Positions 44,955-53,766 of a stretch of DNA of 64,000 nucleotides are shown in pieces. This DNA comes from a virus. Its lineage: Duplodnaviria; Heunggongvirae; Uroviricota; Caudoviricetes. The position numbers and the translations under genes are program-made. The DNA is taken from positions 123,133 to 187,132 of IMG/VR virus record IMGVR_UViG_3300031417_000403. One strand, written 5' to 3'. Position 1 is the stretch's first letter. Every line of letters begins with the position of its first letter. The notes beneath the pieces were generated by a model. The model did not search any database. It was not told where the DNA came from and saw only the letters and a program-made list of their open reading frames with translations.

Positions 44955-45394
44955 TGAAAGACGGTGATCTGTATTCGTACGCCAACGTGTACGTTGAGTC
45001 GCATGGATTTCTGATCCGCACCAACGAAGACTTCATGTACGAAGTCCTTGTCGATCCGATCCTCGGTCTCGAGCTGCAAATCGGAACTGGCGATGGCGGT
45101 TACTCGCTGAACTTCCACGTGAAGCCGGAAGACATCGACAAGCTGATCTACGACCAGCGCGGCAAAGACAAGTACCATGCGTACATGCTGGTGTACCGTT
45201 CCGGCAAGTCGCGTGAAGAAGTGCTGAAACTGATTCAGCCACAACTTCGTGAAGTGCTGGAAAAACGTCTCGCAGCATTCGAAGAACTGGTGTTCAATGC
45301 GCAAGAAATGCTGATCGTTGTCGACGAGCGCAGCACGCGTTTCACCGGCGACTATCTGTGTTCGACCGTGCCGGGTAACGAACCAACTGCATAA
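44954..45394 (+). CDS. hypothetical protein
   Basis: TGATG coupling. Confidence 0.7.
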   Translation: MKDGDLYSYANVYVESHGFLIRTNEDFMYEVLVDPILGLELQIGTGDGGYSLNFHVKPEDIDKLIYDQRGKDKYHAYMLVYRSGKSREEVLKLIQPQLREVLEKRLAAFEELVFNAQEMLIVVDERSTRFTGDYLCSTVPGNEPTA

Positions 45395-45399
45395 AGTGC

Positions 45400-45440
45400 T
45401 GTGCATGCCGGTGGGTTCCATGTATAATGAATCCATCGAC
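45400..45440 (+). promoter_or_regulatory. early promoter TGTGCA-N17-TATAAT with GAATCCATCGAC leader
   Basis: Motif repeat. Confidence 0.8.
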
Positions 45441-45460
45441 AGACAAACACGGAGCTAAAA

Positions 45461-45715
45461 ATGACGACCCCTCTGCAGACTGAAATGATCAAGGCCATCG
45501 CAACGAGCGAATTCACCGAAGTCAACGGTGCCGAGCCGACCAGCGTTTCCGACATCGGTTGGGTGTGGGCCGACATGATTATCGACAACGCCCAGGACAA
45601 GGGCGTCTTCACCAGCCTCGTGAATGCTGGTCTGGCTGAACACTCCGGCAACAAAGGCCGTGATGCTTGCGTCACGCTGACCGAAGCCGGTTTCCAAGTT
45701 TATAAATCTCTGTAA
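45461..45715 (+). CDS. small winged-helix-like early protein
   Basis: GVFTSLVNAGLA...VTLTEAG wing pattern. Confidence 0.55.
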   Translation: MTTPLQTEMIKAIATSEFTEVNGAEPTSVSDIGWVWADMIIDNAQDKGVFTSLVNAGLAEHSGNKGRDACVTLTEAGFQVYKSL

Positions 45716-45723
45716 ATCACATC

Positions 45724-46092
45724 ATGAAAAAACGTACCGTGATCGTACCGATCAGCGGCATCGACACCGATGTCACCATCATCGCAAAACGCGGAGCCGT
45801 GCTGTACGGCTACTGCGTGACGCCGATGCACTCCATTGCACTGCTTGAACTTCTGGAAATTCCGGCAGGCTCGATGGGTTCGAACTTCGAAATCAAGGAA
45901 ATGAAGAAGATCACGATTCACGAGCTGCATCGTGAAGAGCACCTGATCAAGAACAACGTGCAGGTGACCGTCAGCTGCTTCGTCGGCAATGCACATCTCG
46001 AAGAACAATTTCCGGAACTGAAGGCGAAGCTGACGGCCAAGCTTTTGGAACTGGCCAAGCAAGTCGAACCGGCGCAAGTCTACAATTTCTAA
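45724..46092 (+). CDS. hypothetical protein
   Basis: ORF, codon bias. Confidence 0.65.
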   Translation: MKKRTVIVPISGIDTDVTIIAKRGAVLYGYCVTPMHSIALLELLEIPAGSMGSNFEIKEMKKITIHELHREEHLIKNNVQVTVSCFVGNAHLEEQFPELKAKLTAKLLELAKQVEPAQVYNF

Positions 46093-46101
46093 GGAACCAA
46101 C

Positions 46102-46350
46102 ATGAACAAAATTCTCATCGCGATCATCGCACTCGCAGCACTGACTGGCTGCACCCGCGCCGACGAAGCTCGTCGTGTTCTGGCAGGCGCCGGCTACACG
46201 AACATCGAGACCGGTGGTTACGCATTCTTCGGCTGCAGTGAAGACGACACCTTCCACACCAAGTTCAAAGCGCGCGGCCAGAACGGCCAGCAAGTCGAAG
46301 GCGTCGTGTGCTCCGGCGTCCTCAAAGGCGCGACCATCCGACTGGACTAA
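46102..46350 (+). CDS. small lipoprotein
   Basis: Signal peptide with lipobox ALTGC. Confidence 0.8.
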   Translation: MNKILIAIIALAALTGCTRADEARRVLAGAGYTNIETGGYAFFGCSEDDTFHTKFKARGQNGQQVEGVVCSGVLKGATIRLD

Positions 46351-46352
46351 TC

Positions 46353-46607
46353 ATGGCAGCCGAACTCTTAAGCGAAATCACCGAGGACTGCGACGTCGAA
46401 GTTACCCATGGCAATAACATGGGTCGCAGCTTTGCGATCAAGGTCCGTGACTGCTCGAAGTGGGCAGAGAACTTCCACAAACCGGAAGAAGCGCTGGCGG
46501 CATTGATCGCAGTGCGCGAAGCTGGTTACAAGGTTCCACAGCACGTCACGAAGAAGATCGCCGAAACGATCGTGAAAAGAACTTTCAAGACCGGCGACCG
46601 GCTATGA
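46353..46607 (+). CDS. small hypothetical protein
   Basis: ORF in operon. Confidence 0.6.
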   Translation: MAAELLSEITEDCDVEVTHGNNMGRSFAIKVRDCSKWAENFHKPEEALAALIAVREAGYKVPQHVTKKIAETIVKRTFKTGDRL

Positions 46608-46786
46608 TTTCGAAAGATCAAGCTGACGAGCTGCGCGCACTGATCTACCAACTGCGCGCTGCGGACGATCTGAACAATCGTTTCGCACAAGGCTGGACAA
46701 ACAAGGATGCGGCAGAAGTCAAGAAGGAATTTGACGATGCAGCCACCGGCATCGAAAATTTTATCAAATCAATCACGGAGAAATGA
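46604..46786 (+). CDS. small hypothetical protein
   Basis: ATGA coupling. Confidence 0.55.
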   Translation: MISKDQADELRALIYQLRAADDLNNRFAQGWTNKDAAEVKKEFDDAATGIENFIKSITEK

Positions 46787-46787
46787 C

Positions 46788-47024
46788 ATGAGCGAATATT
46801 GCGGATTTCTGGACGACTCGCCAAACGGTTTCAAGCTGAAAGCCACGGTGCAAACCTACGAGCTGTCGCTGGCTGATCTGGCGAAACTGTTCTCGCAGCA
46901 ACTCGGTGTTCCGGAATCGCGGATCACCATCACGCCGAAACAACGTGCGCATGGCGACCCGCTGGATCGTACGCCGACGACCTACTCGTTCGACGGCATC
47001 ATCGTCACCGTCAAGGCCGGCTAA
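46788..47024 (+). CDS. small hypothetical protein
   Basis: GGAG RBS. Confidence 0.6.
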   Translation: MSEYCGFLDDSPNGFKLKATVQTYELSLADLAKLFSQQLGVPESRITITPKQRAHGDPLDRTPTTYSFDGIIVTVKAG

Positions 47025-47031
47025 ATACCAC

Positions 47032-47060
47032 TGTGCATTCGTCGCTGATTGGTGTATGAT
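47032..47060 (+). promoter_or_regulatory. early promoter TGTGCA-N17-TATGAT (a GCTAAATA late-type element lies just upstream)
   Basis: Motif repeat. Confidence 0.7.
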
Positions 47061-47089
47061 CTATTCATACACTCTTGAAAGGAAATGAC

Positions 47090-47320
47090 ATGGCACGCAC
47101 CATCAGCGAAATTGCAGCAGAAATCAAACGCGTCTGGGCCAAGCCGAACTATGCGGCTGTTCCGTACCTGGACGCGATGACCCAGCTGGAAACCATCAAC
47201 GACACCTACTACGCCGACGACGCGCGTACGATCGTTTCCTACTTCCTCGCAAACGCCGGAACGTTCCGTGGCGACGACGCCAAGCGGATCAAGGCAGAAC
47301 TGAAAGCAATGGTGGCATAA
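47090..47320 (+). CDS. small conserved-looking phage protein
   Basis: ISEIAAEIKRVW...PYLDAM...FRGDDAKRIKAEL. Confidence 0.7.
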   Translation: MARTISEIAAEIKRVWAKPNYAAVPYLDAMTQLETINDTYYADDARTIVSYFLANAGTFRGDDAKRIKAELKAMVA

Positions 47321-47487
47321 TGAAAATCGAACAAATTGGAGCGATCATCGCGTTGATCCTGGTCTTCGTGCTCTGTTTCAACGAGCCACGGTTGTTTCCG
47401 TACGCTGCCGTGGGTCTCGCAACCGGCATCGGCCTTCGCATGATTATGAACGGCCGCAACAAAGATAAACCCGAGAAGGGAAAGTAA

Positions 47488-48675
47488 ATGGAAGCAGTAG
47501 CGTTTTTCAACGCGTTCTGGGAACGCGTAAAGCAAACATCGAACTGGCGTACGATGGAAAACACGGTCGAGAATTCGCCGTGGCATCGTGAAGCCAACGT
47601 TGCCGTGCACACCACGATGACGATCGAGAAGTACATGAACATGTTCTTCGTTCGTCGCACCGAGCGTCAACGCGTGTTGACCTTGATGGCACTGTTGTTT
47701 CACGACTTCGGAAAGCCGGAGGCGGAAGAAACGCTCGAGAAGAAAGACGAGCCTGGCGTGTTCTATCGTCGCTATGCCGGTCACGAACCGATCAGCGCAA
47801 ACGAGTTCCTGTCGTTCATGTGCGATCAGCACGAGCTGCGTCAGATGTTCTTCGACCAGGGTTTCACCTGGAAAGATATTCGCATCATCAAAGTGATGAT
47901 CGAGCATCACTTGCCGTACGGTCTGAAGAACGAGCAGAAGCGCCAGCGGTTGGCTCACATGATCGATGCGACGTTGGGTGAAGACGACGTCTGCTTCTAC
48001 GACATGTTGCGTTCGGATTGCCATGGCCGTATCTCGGACGATCACGACGCGAAGAAGAAAGCCGTCGAGGATTGGATCGATGAATTCCAGTTGGTTTCCT
48101 GGAAGGAACGCGAGGTCGCGAAGAACGCTCCGGAGCTGGTGATGTTGGTCGGTATCTCCGGAGCTGGCAAGTCGACGTTCGTCAACGACATAGACGGCAT
48201 CTTCGATGTCTTCAGCGAAGACAAGTTGCGGTTGGACTACGCGCATGCCCACATGCCGTACGAGGATTACGTCGAGATGGAAATCATGACGGAAGCTCAG
48301 AAGTACCAATACTGCTGGAACTACTGCCACTTGAAAAAGAAGGAGGACAAGACCGAAGCCGAGTTGGCAGCTCCGACCTTCGACCAGTTCTCGGCCAAAG
48401 AGTTCTCGAAGATGTTGGAGACTCGCAAGACGATTGTTGTTGATCGAATGAACCAAGGTCGCAAGGCTCGCGGTAAATATATCGAAGCCGCAAAGGCGAA
48501 AGGGTATACGGTTCGTTCCATCGAGTTCTTCATCTCGGAGTCCAAGGCAAAAGAACGCCAGAAGACCCGCGGCGACAAGAGCTTGCCAGACCATCGTGTG
48601 CATCAGATCGCCATGCAATTGGAAACCCCGTGGTTGGGCGCGGAAGTCGATTCGTGTACGATCTACATCTCATGA
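47488..48675 (+). CDS. HD-domain phosphohydrolase fused to polynucleotide-kinase-like P-loop domain
   Basis: SPWHRE..VAVHT, LFHDFGKP, GHE, HH; GISGAGKST, VVDRMN. Confidence 0.8.
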   Translation: MEAVAFFNAFWERVKQTSNWRTMENTVENSPWHREANVAVHTTMTIEKYMNMFFVRRTERQRVLTLMALLFHDFGKPEAEETLEKKDEPGVFYRRYAGHEPISANEFLSFMCDQHELRQMFFDQGFTWKDIRIIKVMIEHHLPYGLKNEQKRQRLAHMIDATLGEDDVCFYDMLRSDCHGRISDDHDAKKKAVEDWIDEFQLVSWKEREVAKNAPELVMLVGISGAGKSTFVNDIDGIFDVFSEDKLRLDYAHAHMPYEDYVEMEIMTEAQKYQYCWNYCHLKKKEDKTEAELAAPTFDQFSAKEFSKMLETRKTIVVDRMNQGRKARGKYIEAAKAKGYTVRSIEFFISESKAKERQKTRGDKSLPDHRVHQIAMQLETPWLGAEVDSCTIYIS

Positions 48676-48686
48676 AGTGAAATAAA

Positions 48687-49358
48687 ATGCGCGACGCAGC
48701 AAAAGTAGTAGCTATCGTCGCGGCTTACAATGAAGGACCTCGAATCCAACGAGTGATCGAGGTCCTTTCGTCGTATCCGCGTTTCGATCAAATCATCATT
48801 GTCGACGATGGTTCGACGGATGACACATTCATCACAGCCCTGCGTTCAAGACCGCCTTACCCAGAACCGCACAGCATCGTCATCCACACTGGACCGAACA
48901 AAGGCAAAGCTGCCGCAATGCAACGCGCGGTCGAGATGTCCGATCCGGACATCATCTTTTTCTGCGATGCAGATATTCTCGGGCTGACACACGAGATGAT
49001 CGAGGAAACGTTGGCACCAGTGTTGGCCGGACGACTCGGCATGATGATCGCCATGCGCGATCGTGGATTGTATTGGCATTTGCCTTTCGCAATCAAGGCC
49101 GCAGCAAAGTTGGGAGGCGAGCGAGCGCTGACACGTGAACTCTGGGAATCTGTCCCAGCAAAGTACAAACAGGGTTACATGATTGAAACTGCTTTGAACT
49201 ATAAAGCAGAAGCGACGTCGGGATTCGACTTCAAGATCATGCCGGGTCTTTCGCAAGTCATCAAGGAACAAAAGCGAGGATTCTTCCGCGGCTTATTGCA
49301 GAGAATCAAGATGATCGCAGATGTTGTCAAAGCGCACGTGCTGTTGCGTTTTTCGTAA
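48687..49358 (+). CDS. glycosyltransferase family 2
   Basis: AAYNE, IIVDDGSTD, NKGKAAA, FFCDAD. Confidence 0.9.
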   Translation: MRDAAKVVAIVAAYNEGPRIQRVIEVLSSYPRFDQIIIVDDGSTDDTFITALRSRPPYPEPHSIVIHTGPNKGKAAAMQRAVEMSDPDIIFFCDADILGLTHEMIEETLAPVLAGRLGMMIAMRDRGLYWHLPFAIKAAAKLGGERALTRELWESVPAKYKQGYMIETALNYKAEATSGFDFKIMPGLSQVIKEQKRGFFRGLLQRIKMIADVVKAHVLLRFS

Positions 49359-49479
49359 GCAACGTTGTTGTTTTTACAACGTTGAAAAAAGTTTGTAGAG
49401 TGGCAAGCTCCGTGCTATAATGATTTCTCTTGATCAACACTGAACGCGATCAAGAAATTGTAAAGCTTCGGGGATTTAC

Positions 49480-49487
49480 CATAAATA
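49480..49487 (+). promoter_or_regulatory. late promoter CATAAATA (sigma70-like TTGTAG/TATAAT also at 49393-49421)
   Basis: Dual promoter upstream of SSB. Confidence 0.7.
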
Positions 49488-49552
49488 CCTACGCAACCAA
49501 ACGGGGTTGCACTTTACAAACATTTGACAACTTTACGAAAGACAACACAATC

Positions 49553-50431
49553 ATGAAAAAATCGCTCGCTGACCTGGCATCCGCATTCGCATCCAAGAAC
49601 ACCAACGACGGTGGTGGCAATCAAACCTGGAAGCTGTTCTTCAACTTCTGGAAGATGGATGTTGACTCCACTACAATCGTACGATTCCTCCCTGACGCTG
49701 ACGAAGAAAATCCAATGGGTTTCCTCGTTGAGAACCTGTCTCACGAACTGAACATCAACGGCAAGCGCGAAAAAGTCGCATGCTTGAAGATGTACGGCGA
49801 AGACTGCCCAATCTGCGCGCTGTCCCAAAAGTACTACGACGAGAAATCGCCGGACCACAACGAAAAACTCGGTAAGAAATACTACCGCAAGAAGTCGTAC
49901 ATCGGCCAAGTGCTGGTGATCGACACAACCATCGACCACGATCAAGAACAACTGGTCAAGCTGATGGAATTCGGTCCGAAGATCTTCAAGCAAATCCAAG
50001 CATCGTTCTCGAGCGGTGACCTGGAAGAAGCACCGTACGAACTGAAAGGCGGCTACAACTTCCGTATCAAGAAGTCCAAGTCCGGTGAATACGCCGACTA
50101 CGGTACTTCCAGCTTCGCACCGAAGCAGTCGGACGTTGCAGATGACATCATCGAATCGATGTCCCTGTACGATCTGAAAGAGTACCGCACTCCGCGCGTC
50201 ACCCGTGACGTAATGGAAGCGATGCTTCTGGCCGATCAAACCGGTGGCTCGTTCAACGCTGAAAAGGAAGACCAGGACGCTGATCCGGCTCCAGCAAAGC
50301 AAGAAGCAAAAGCCGCTCCGAAGTCGGAAGTTCCAGCCGCAAAAGCTGAAGACGCACCGGCCGCTGGTGGTGAAAAGAAACTGTCGGTCGTTGAACAGCT
50401 TCGCGCACGCGCTGCTGCCAAAGCCGAGTAA
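49553..50431 (+). CDS. single-stranded DNA-binding protein (T4 gp32-like)
   Basis: IVRFLP, ACLKMYGEDCPIC, YIGQVLVI, KLMEFGPKIFK, GYNFRIKK, acidic/Ala tail. Confidence 0.88.
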   Translation: MKKSLADLASAFASKNTNDGGGNQTWKLFFNFWKMDVDSTTIVRFLPDADEENPMGFLVENLSHELNINGKREKVACLKMYGEDCPICALSQKYYDEKSPDHNEKLGKKYYRKKSYIGQVLVIDTTIDHDQEQLVKLMEFGPKIFKQIQASFSSGDLEEAPYELKGGYNFRIKKSKSGEYADYGTSSFAPKQSDVADDIIESMSLYDLKEYRTPRVTRDVMEAMLLADQTGGSFNAEKEDQDADPAPAKQEAKAAPKSEVPAAKAEDAPAAGGEKKLSVVEQLRARAAAKAE

Positions 50432-50442
50432 TTTCTGAGCTG

Positions 50443-50472
50443 CCTGGATGATTGTACTTACAGTCATCCAGG
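50443..50472 (+). terminator. stem-loop after SSB gene
   Basis: CCTGGATGA...TCATCCAGG; no clear U tract. Confidence 0.45.
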
Positions 50473-50504
50473 TTGCATACCAACTTTCCCACCTGGAGTA
50501 AAAA

Positions 50505-50834
50505 ATGACTTTTCAAGCTACTGATGCGCGCGACGCGCGTAATGCAACCATCGCTGCCATTCGTGCAGGCGGTCACCAGGCTGATGCCATCTATCAGGAC
50601 ATCTCCCAGCAAATGGATCAACTGATCCAAACCTCGGCAACACTGGGCAAAGAGTCGATCAACGCACCGATCGAAATCGATGCGAATGCAGTTGCCAACG
50701 ATCTGGACTCGAGCCTGACAACCATGGCTGTCGCTACTGTCGTGCAAGACCTGTTTGATGCGGGCTACGACATTGAACGCTTCTCGTTCGAAGCCCCGAA
50801 CATGCTGTATATCGATATGAACTGGATCGCATAA
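50505..50834 (+). CDS. hypothetical protein
   Basis: GGAG RBS. Confidence 0.7.
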   Translation: MTFQATDARDARNATIAAIRAGGHQADAIYQDISQQMDQLIQTSATLGKESINAPIEIDANAVANDLDSSLTTMAVATVVQDLFDAGYDIERFSFEAPNMLYIDMNWIA

Positions 50835-51904
50835 TGGGACTCAAATTCCTCGACAAGTTCAAGAAGGAAGTCGCCAAGCTGGAAACCGTCGGTGTCGGTC
50901 TCAAAGAGATTACCGAATGGTTGAGCACTGGTAACTATGCCTTGAACCGCGCCCTGTCAGGCGACTACAAGAAGGGTGTTCCACTGAACCGCATCACGCT
51001 GTTCGCTGGCCCATCGGGTTCCGGTAAATCGTTCATCGTTTCGAACATCGCTCTGCAAGCACAGAAGCAAGACTACCACGTCCTCATCATCGATACCGAG
51101 AATGCGATCGACGTCGACTACCTGAAGAAGATTGGTGTCAACACCGACGAAGAAAAGCTGACGTACCTCCAATGCTCGACCATTGAAGACATGAACGGCA
51201 TCCTGTCCGAGTTCTTCCAGAACTATCAGAAAGAATACGGCAAGGACAACCCTGATGCACCGAAGACGTTGGTCATCATCGACTCGCTGGCGATGCTGTC
51301 GTCCGAGACCGAGATGGAAAACTACAACAAGGGCGTCATCAAAGGTGACCAAGGTCAATTGGCAAAACGTCGTAAAGCGATGCTGCGTCTCGCACTCGGC
51401 CGCACTGCACGACTGCCGATCAAGCTGTTGATCACCGACCACGTGTACCCACAGGACATCATGCTTGGCGATGGACCATGGGCAATCACGAACTCAACCA
51501 AGTTCTCTTCATCCATCATCGGCATCATCACGAAGCTGAAGTTGAAAGAGGACAGCAAAGTCATCGGCGTACGTATGAAGTTCGAAACGTACAAGTCGCG
51601 CTTCGCAAGGTTGGGCACCAAAGTTGAACTCGATGTTCCTTACAACAGCGGCATGGCTTCGACCTCCGGTCTCATCGAGATGCTGGAAGAAGACGGTGTC
51701 ATCAAGAAAGGTACGCAACCGGGCGAAAAACTGAAGTGGATCGCTGAGTGGGAAGGCAATCGCATTGCTTTCAAGGAAGACGAACTCACCGATGAAATCG
51801 CGCTCAAGATTCTGGAACACCCACTCTGCGCACCAATGCTGGCTCGTGACGAACCAGAAATCGACATCGACGCTCTTGAATCCGTCACGGATCAAGACGA
51901 ATAA
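50834..51904 (+). CDS. uvsX: RecA-like recombinase UvsX
   Basis: STGNYALN, AGPSGSGKS, IDTENA, VIIDSL. Confidence 0.92.
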   Translation: MGLKFLDKFKKEVAKLETVGVGLKEITEWLSTGNYALNRALSGDYKKGVPLNRITLFAGPSGSGKSFIVSNIALQAQKQDYHVLIIDTENAIDVDYLKKIGVNTDEEKLTYLQCSTIEDMNGILSEFFQNYQKEYGKDNPDAPKTLVIIDSLAMLSSETEMENYNKGVIKGDQGQLAKRRKAMLRLALGRTARLPIKLLITDHVYPQDIMLGDGPWAITNSTKFSSSIIGIITKLKLKEDSKVIGVRMKFETYKSRFARLGTKVELDVPYNSGMASTSGLIEMLEEDGVIKKGTQPGEKLKWIAEWEGNRIAFKEDELTDEIALKILEHPLCAPMLARDEPEIDIDALESVTDQDE

Positions 51905-51919
51905 TAAGGAGGTTCAATC

Positions 51920-52117
51920 ATGGACGACATGGAAACATCAATCAACATTCAGTTGGTACACGGCGGATTCATCTTCACCTCGCCAAACGACGGCACGTAC
52001 AAAACTGAAGTCTTCACTTCACAGGCAAAACTGATGAAGGCGATTCGTGCAACAATCGAGCAGAACGCGCTCGTGAGCAAGACCGAGAAAGCTGACAAAA
52101 CAAAGGACGCAGAATGA
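51920..52117 (+). CDS. small hypothetical protein
   Basis: AAGGAGG RBS. Confidence 0.7.
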   Translation: MDDMETSINIQLVHGGFIFTSPNDGTYKTEVFTSQAKLMKAIRATIEQNALVSKTEKADKTKDAE

Positions 52118-52270
52118 AGATCATCGACATCGGCCTTGATTACTTCGACGAGGGAAGCAACCAACTCGAAGTGTTCGTGCTGGTAGTCGATGACCAGGGC
52201 AATGAGACCAAGCGTCGGCTGTCCGACCTGGTATTGCTGCCCGACCAACCTCTGCCAAAGCTGTAATAAC

Positions 52271-52291
52271 AAAGGGGCTTGCGCCCCTTTT
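52271..52291 (+). terminator. Rho-independent terminator
   Basis: AAAGGGGC-TTGC-GCCCCTTTT. Confidence 0.8.
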
Positions 52292-52299
52292 CAATTCCA

Positions 52300-52752
52300 A
52301 TGAACGTTTCTCTCTGTGCCAGAGCTAAGATTCTCACGCTCTTAGATGATGGCAAGGCATTTCGCATTCAAGCCAGCGTTGGAGGCGGCTCACACGTTGA
52401 TCTTATTTTAAATTCGGAAAAGACCGAATTTGATTGTATAATAGCAACTATTCCGCTCATCGTAGCAGACATCTCCACCGTCACTCTCACTGCTGGCCGA
52501 AGCATCGACTTCGATTATCGAAGCGGTGAATTTCTCATCTCATCTCAACTTAAGGTAACAACAATGGCAACATTTGCAATCAACATCGAATTCATCGTTG
52601 ACGCTCCGGATCAGGACAGCGCAGAAAGTGCATCCAAGCAAATCATCGAAGCTGCAAAGATGGAAGACCTGATCGAACGCGGTACCGTCCAAGACATCGA
52701 AATGCTGGACGATGACGAGGGCGACCTCGATTTTGACGGGGATGACGAGTGA
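52300..52752 (+). CDS. protein with HesB/IscA-like N-terminal half (Cys-less) and acidic C-terminal half; possible internal start at 52564
   Basis: AFRIQASVGGGS...IVAD.ST..L.AG.SIDF; AAGG RBS before 52564. Confidence 0.4.
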   Translation: MNVSLCARAKILTLLDDGKAFRIQASVGGGSHVDLILNSEKTEFDCIIATIPLIVADISTVTLTAGRSIDFDYRSGEFLISSQLKVTTMATFAINIEFIVDAPDQDSAESASKQIIEAAKMEDLIERGTVQDIEMLDDDEGDLDFDGDDE

Positions 52753-53210
52753 GTTTCCTCTTCACCCTCGATGAAGACAAGCTAGCTGACCAGCTGCCTG
52801 CGATCTTCGAGCGTTATGAGACCCACGTAAAAAACGCCGAACCACTGTTCGAACTCGATGGCATGCGCCTGGAGCTGATTGCTCGGAACCTGGCGCAGCA
52901 TCAAGTTTCCTACGCACAACGTGCAAACGAAATGAAGCACGTTGTGAAGTGGTTGGAAAACTACAAGGCAAAGCTCGAAGCACGTTTCACGAAGAACTAT
53001 GCCCAGGGCCAACGTGCACTGGGTCAACGTGAAGCCCAGACGTTTATCAACGGCGAACGAGACATCGTCGAGCTGAATCAGCTAATCATTGAAGCAAGTC
53101 TTCTGTATTCCCAACTCAACGAAATCGTTGAAGCATTCAAACAGATGGGCTGGATGTTGGGCCACGTAACTAAACTCCGAGTAGCAGAGCTACAGGAAGC
53201 AACTCTATAA
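52749..53210 (+). CDS. uvsY: recombination mediator UvsY-like
   Basis: Helical protein ending EIVEAFKQMGWMLGHVTKLR; sits between uvsX and uvsW. Confidence 0.7.
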   Translation: MSFLFTLDEDKLADQLPAIFERYETHVKNAEPLFELDGMRLELIARNLAQHQVSYAQRANEMKHVVKWLENYKAKLEARFTKNYAQGQRALGQREAQTFINGERDIVELNQLIIEASLLYSQLNEIVEAFKQMGWMLGHVTKLRVAELQEATL

Positions 53211-53527
53211 TGCCAAACACATACACAATCTCGAACGGTGGTGCGATCATCAGTGGTAACATCAACGGCAACATTTCAATCGACGCATACGGCATGCTGC
53301 AGTCTTCGCCGATGGTTGAAGACTTGCCTCCGATCACTATGTCAGGTCGCGACGAGAACGGTCGTCCTGTTACAATGACTCTTTCCCCGGAGGCAAGTAT
53401 TTCGAACAGTGAGCTGACGAAACTCCTGATGCTTTCCATCACGATGGTGAGCGGCAGTGGTCGCAGTCTCAACGCGCTGGCCTACGTCAAGAAACACAAC
53501 CTCGAACGTCACTTCACTTACTCATGA
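53210..53527 (+). CDS. hypothetical protein
   Basis: TAATG coupling. Confidence 0.65.
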   Translation: MPNTYTISNGGAIISGNINGNISIDAYGMLQSSPMVEDLPPITMSGRDENGRPVTMTLSPEASISNSELTKLLMLSITMVSGSGRSLNALAYVKKHNLERHFTYS

Positions 53528-53766
53528 AAATCACGTCTCGCCAACCGACAGGGCGTCAGCCAACAGCGATCGAAGTTCGCGACATCAAAGTCGACGCTGA
53601 CGTTCAGTACTCGCACAACATGACTACGCGCATCACCATGAGCAAGCAATTCTTCATCGAACTCGTGATTCGTATCCCATTGTCTGATGCCGACACTTCT
53701 GACATCAACGCACTTGGCGAGCGCATGAAGAAACTACGACAAGCTGAACTTTTGGAAAAGCCATGA
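53524..53766 (+). CDS. small hypothetical protein
   Basis: ATGA coupling. Confidence 0.6.
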   Translation: MKITSRQPTGRQPTAIEVRDIKVDADVQYSHNMTTRITMSKQFFIELVIRIPLSDADTSDINALGERMKKLRQAELLEKP

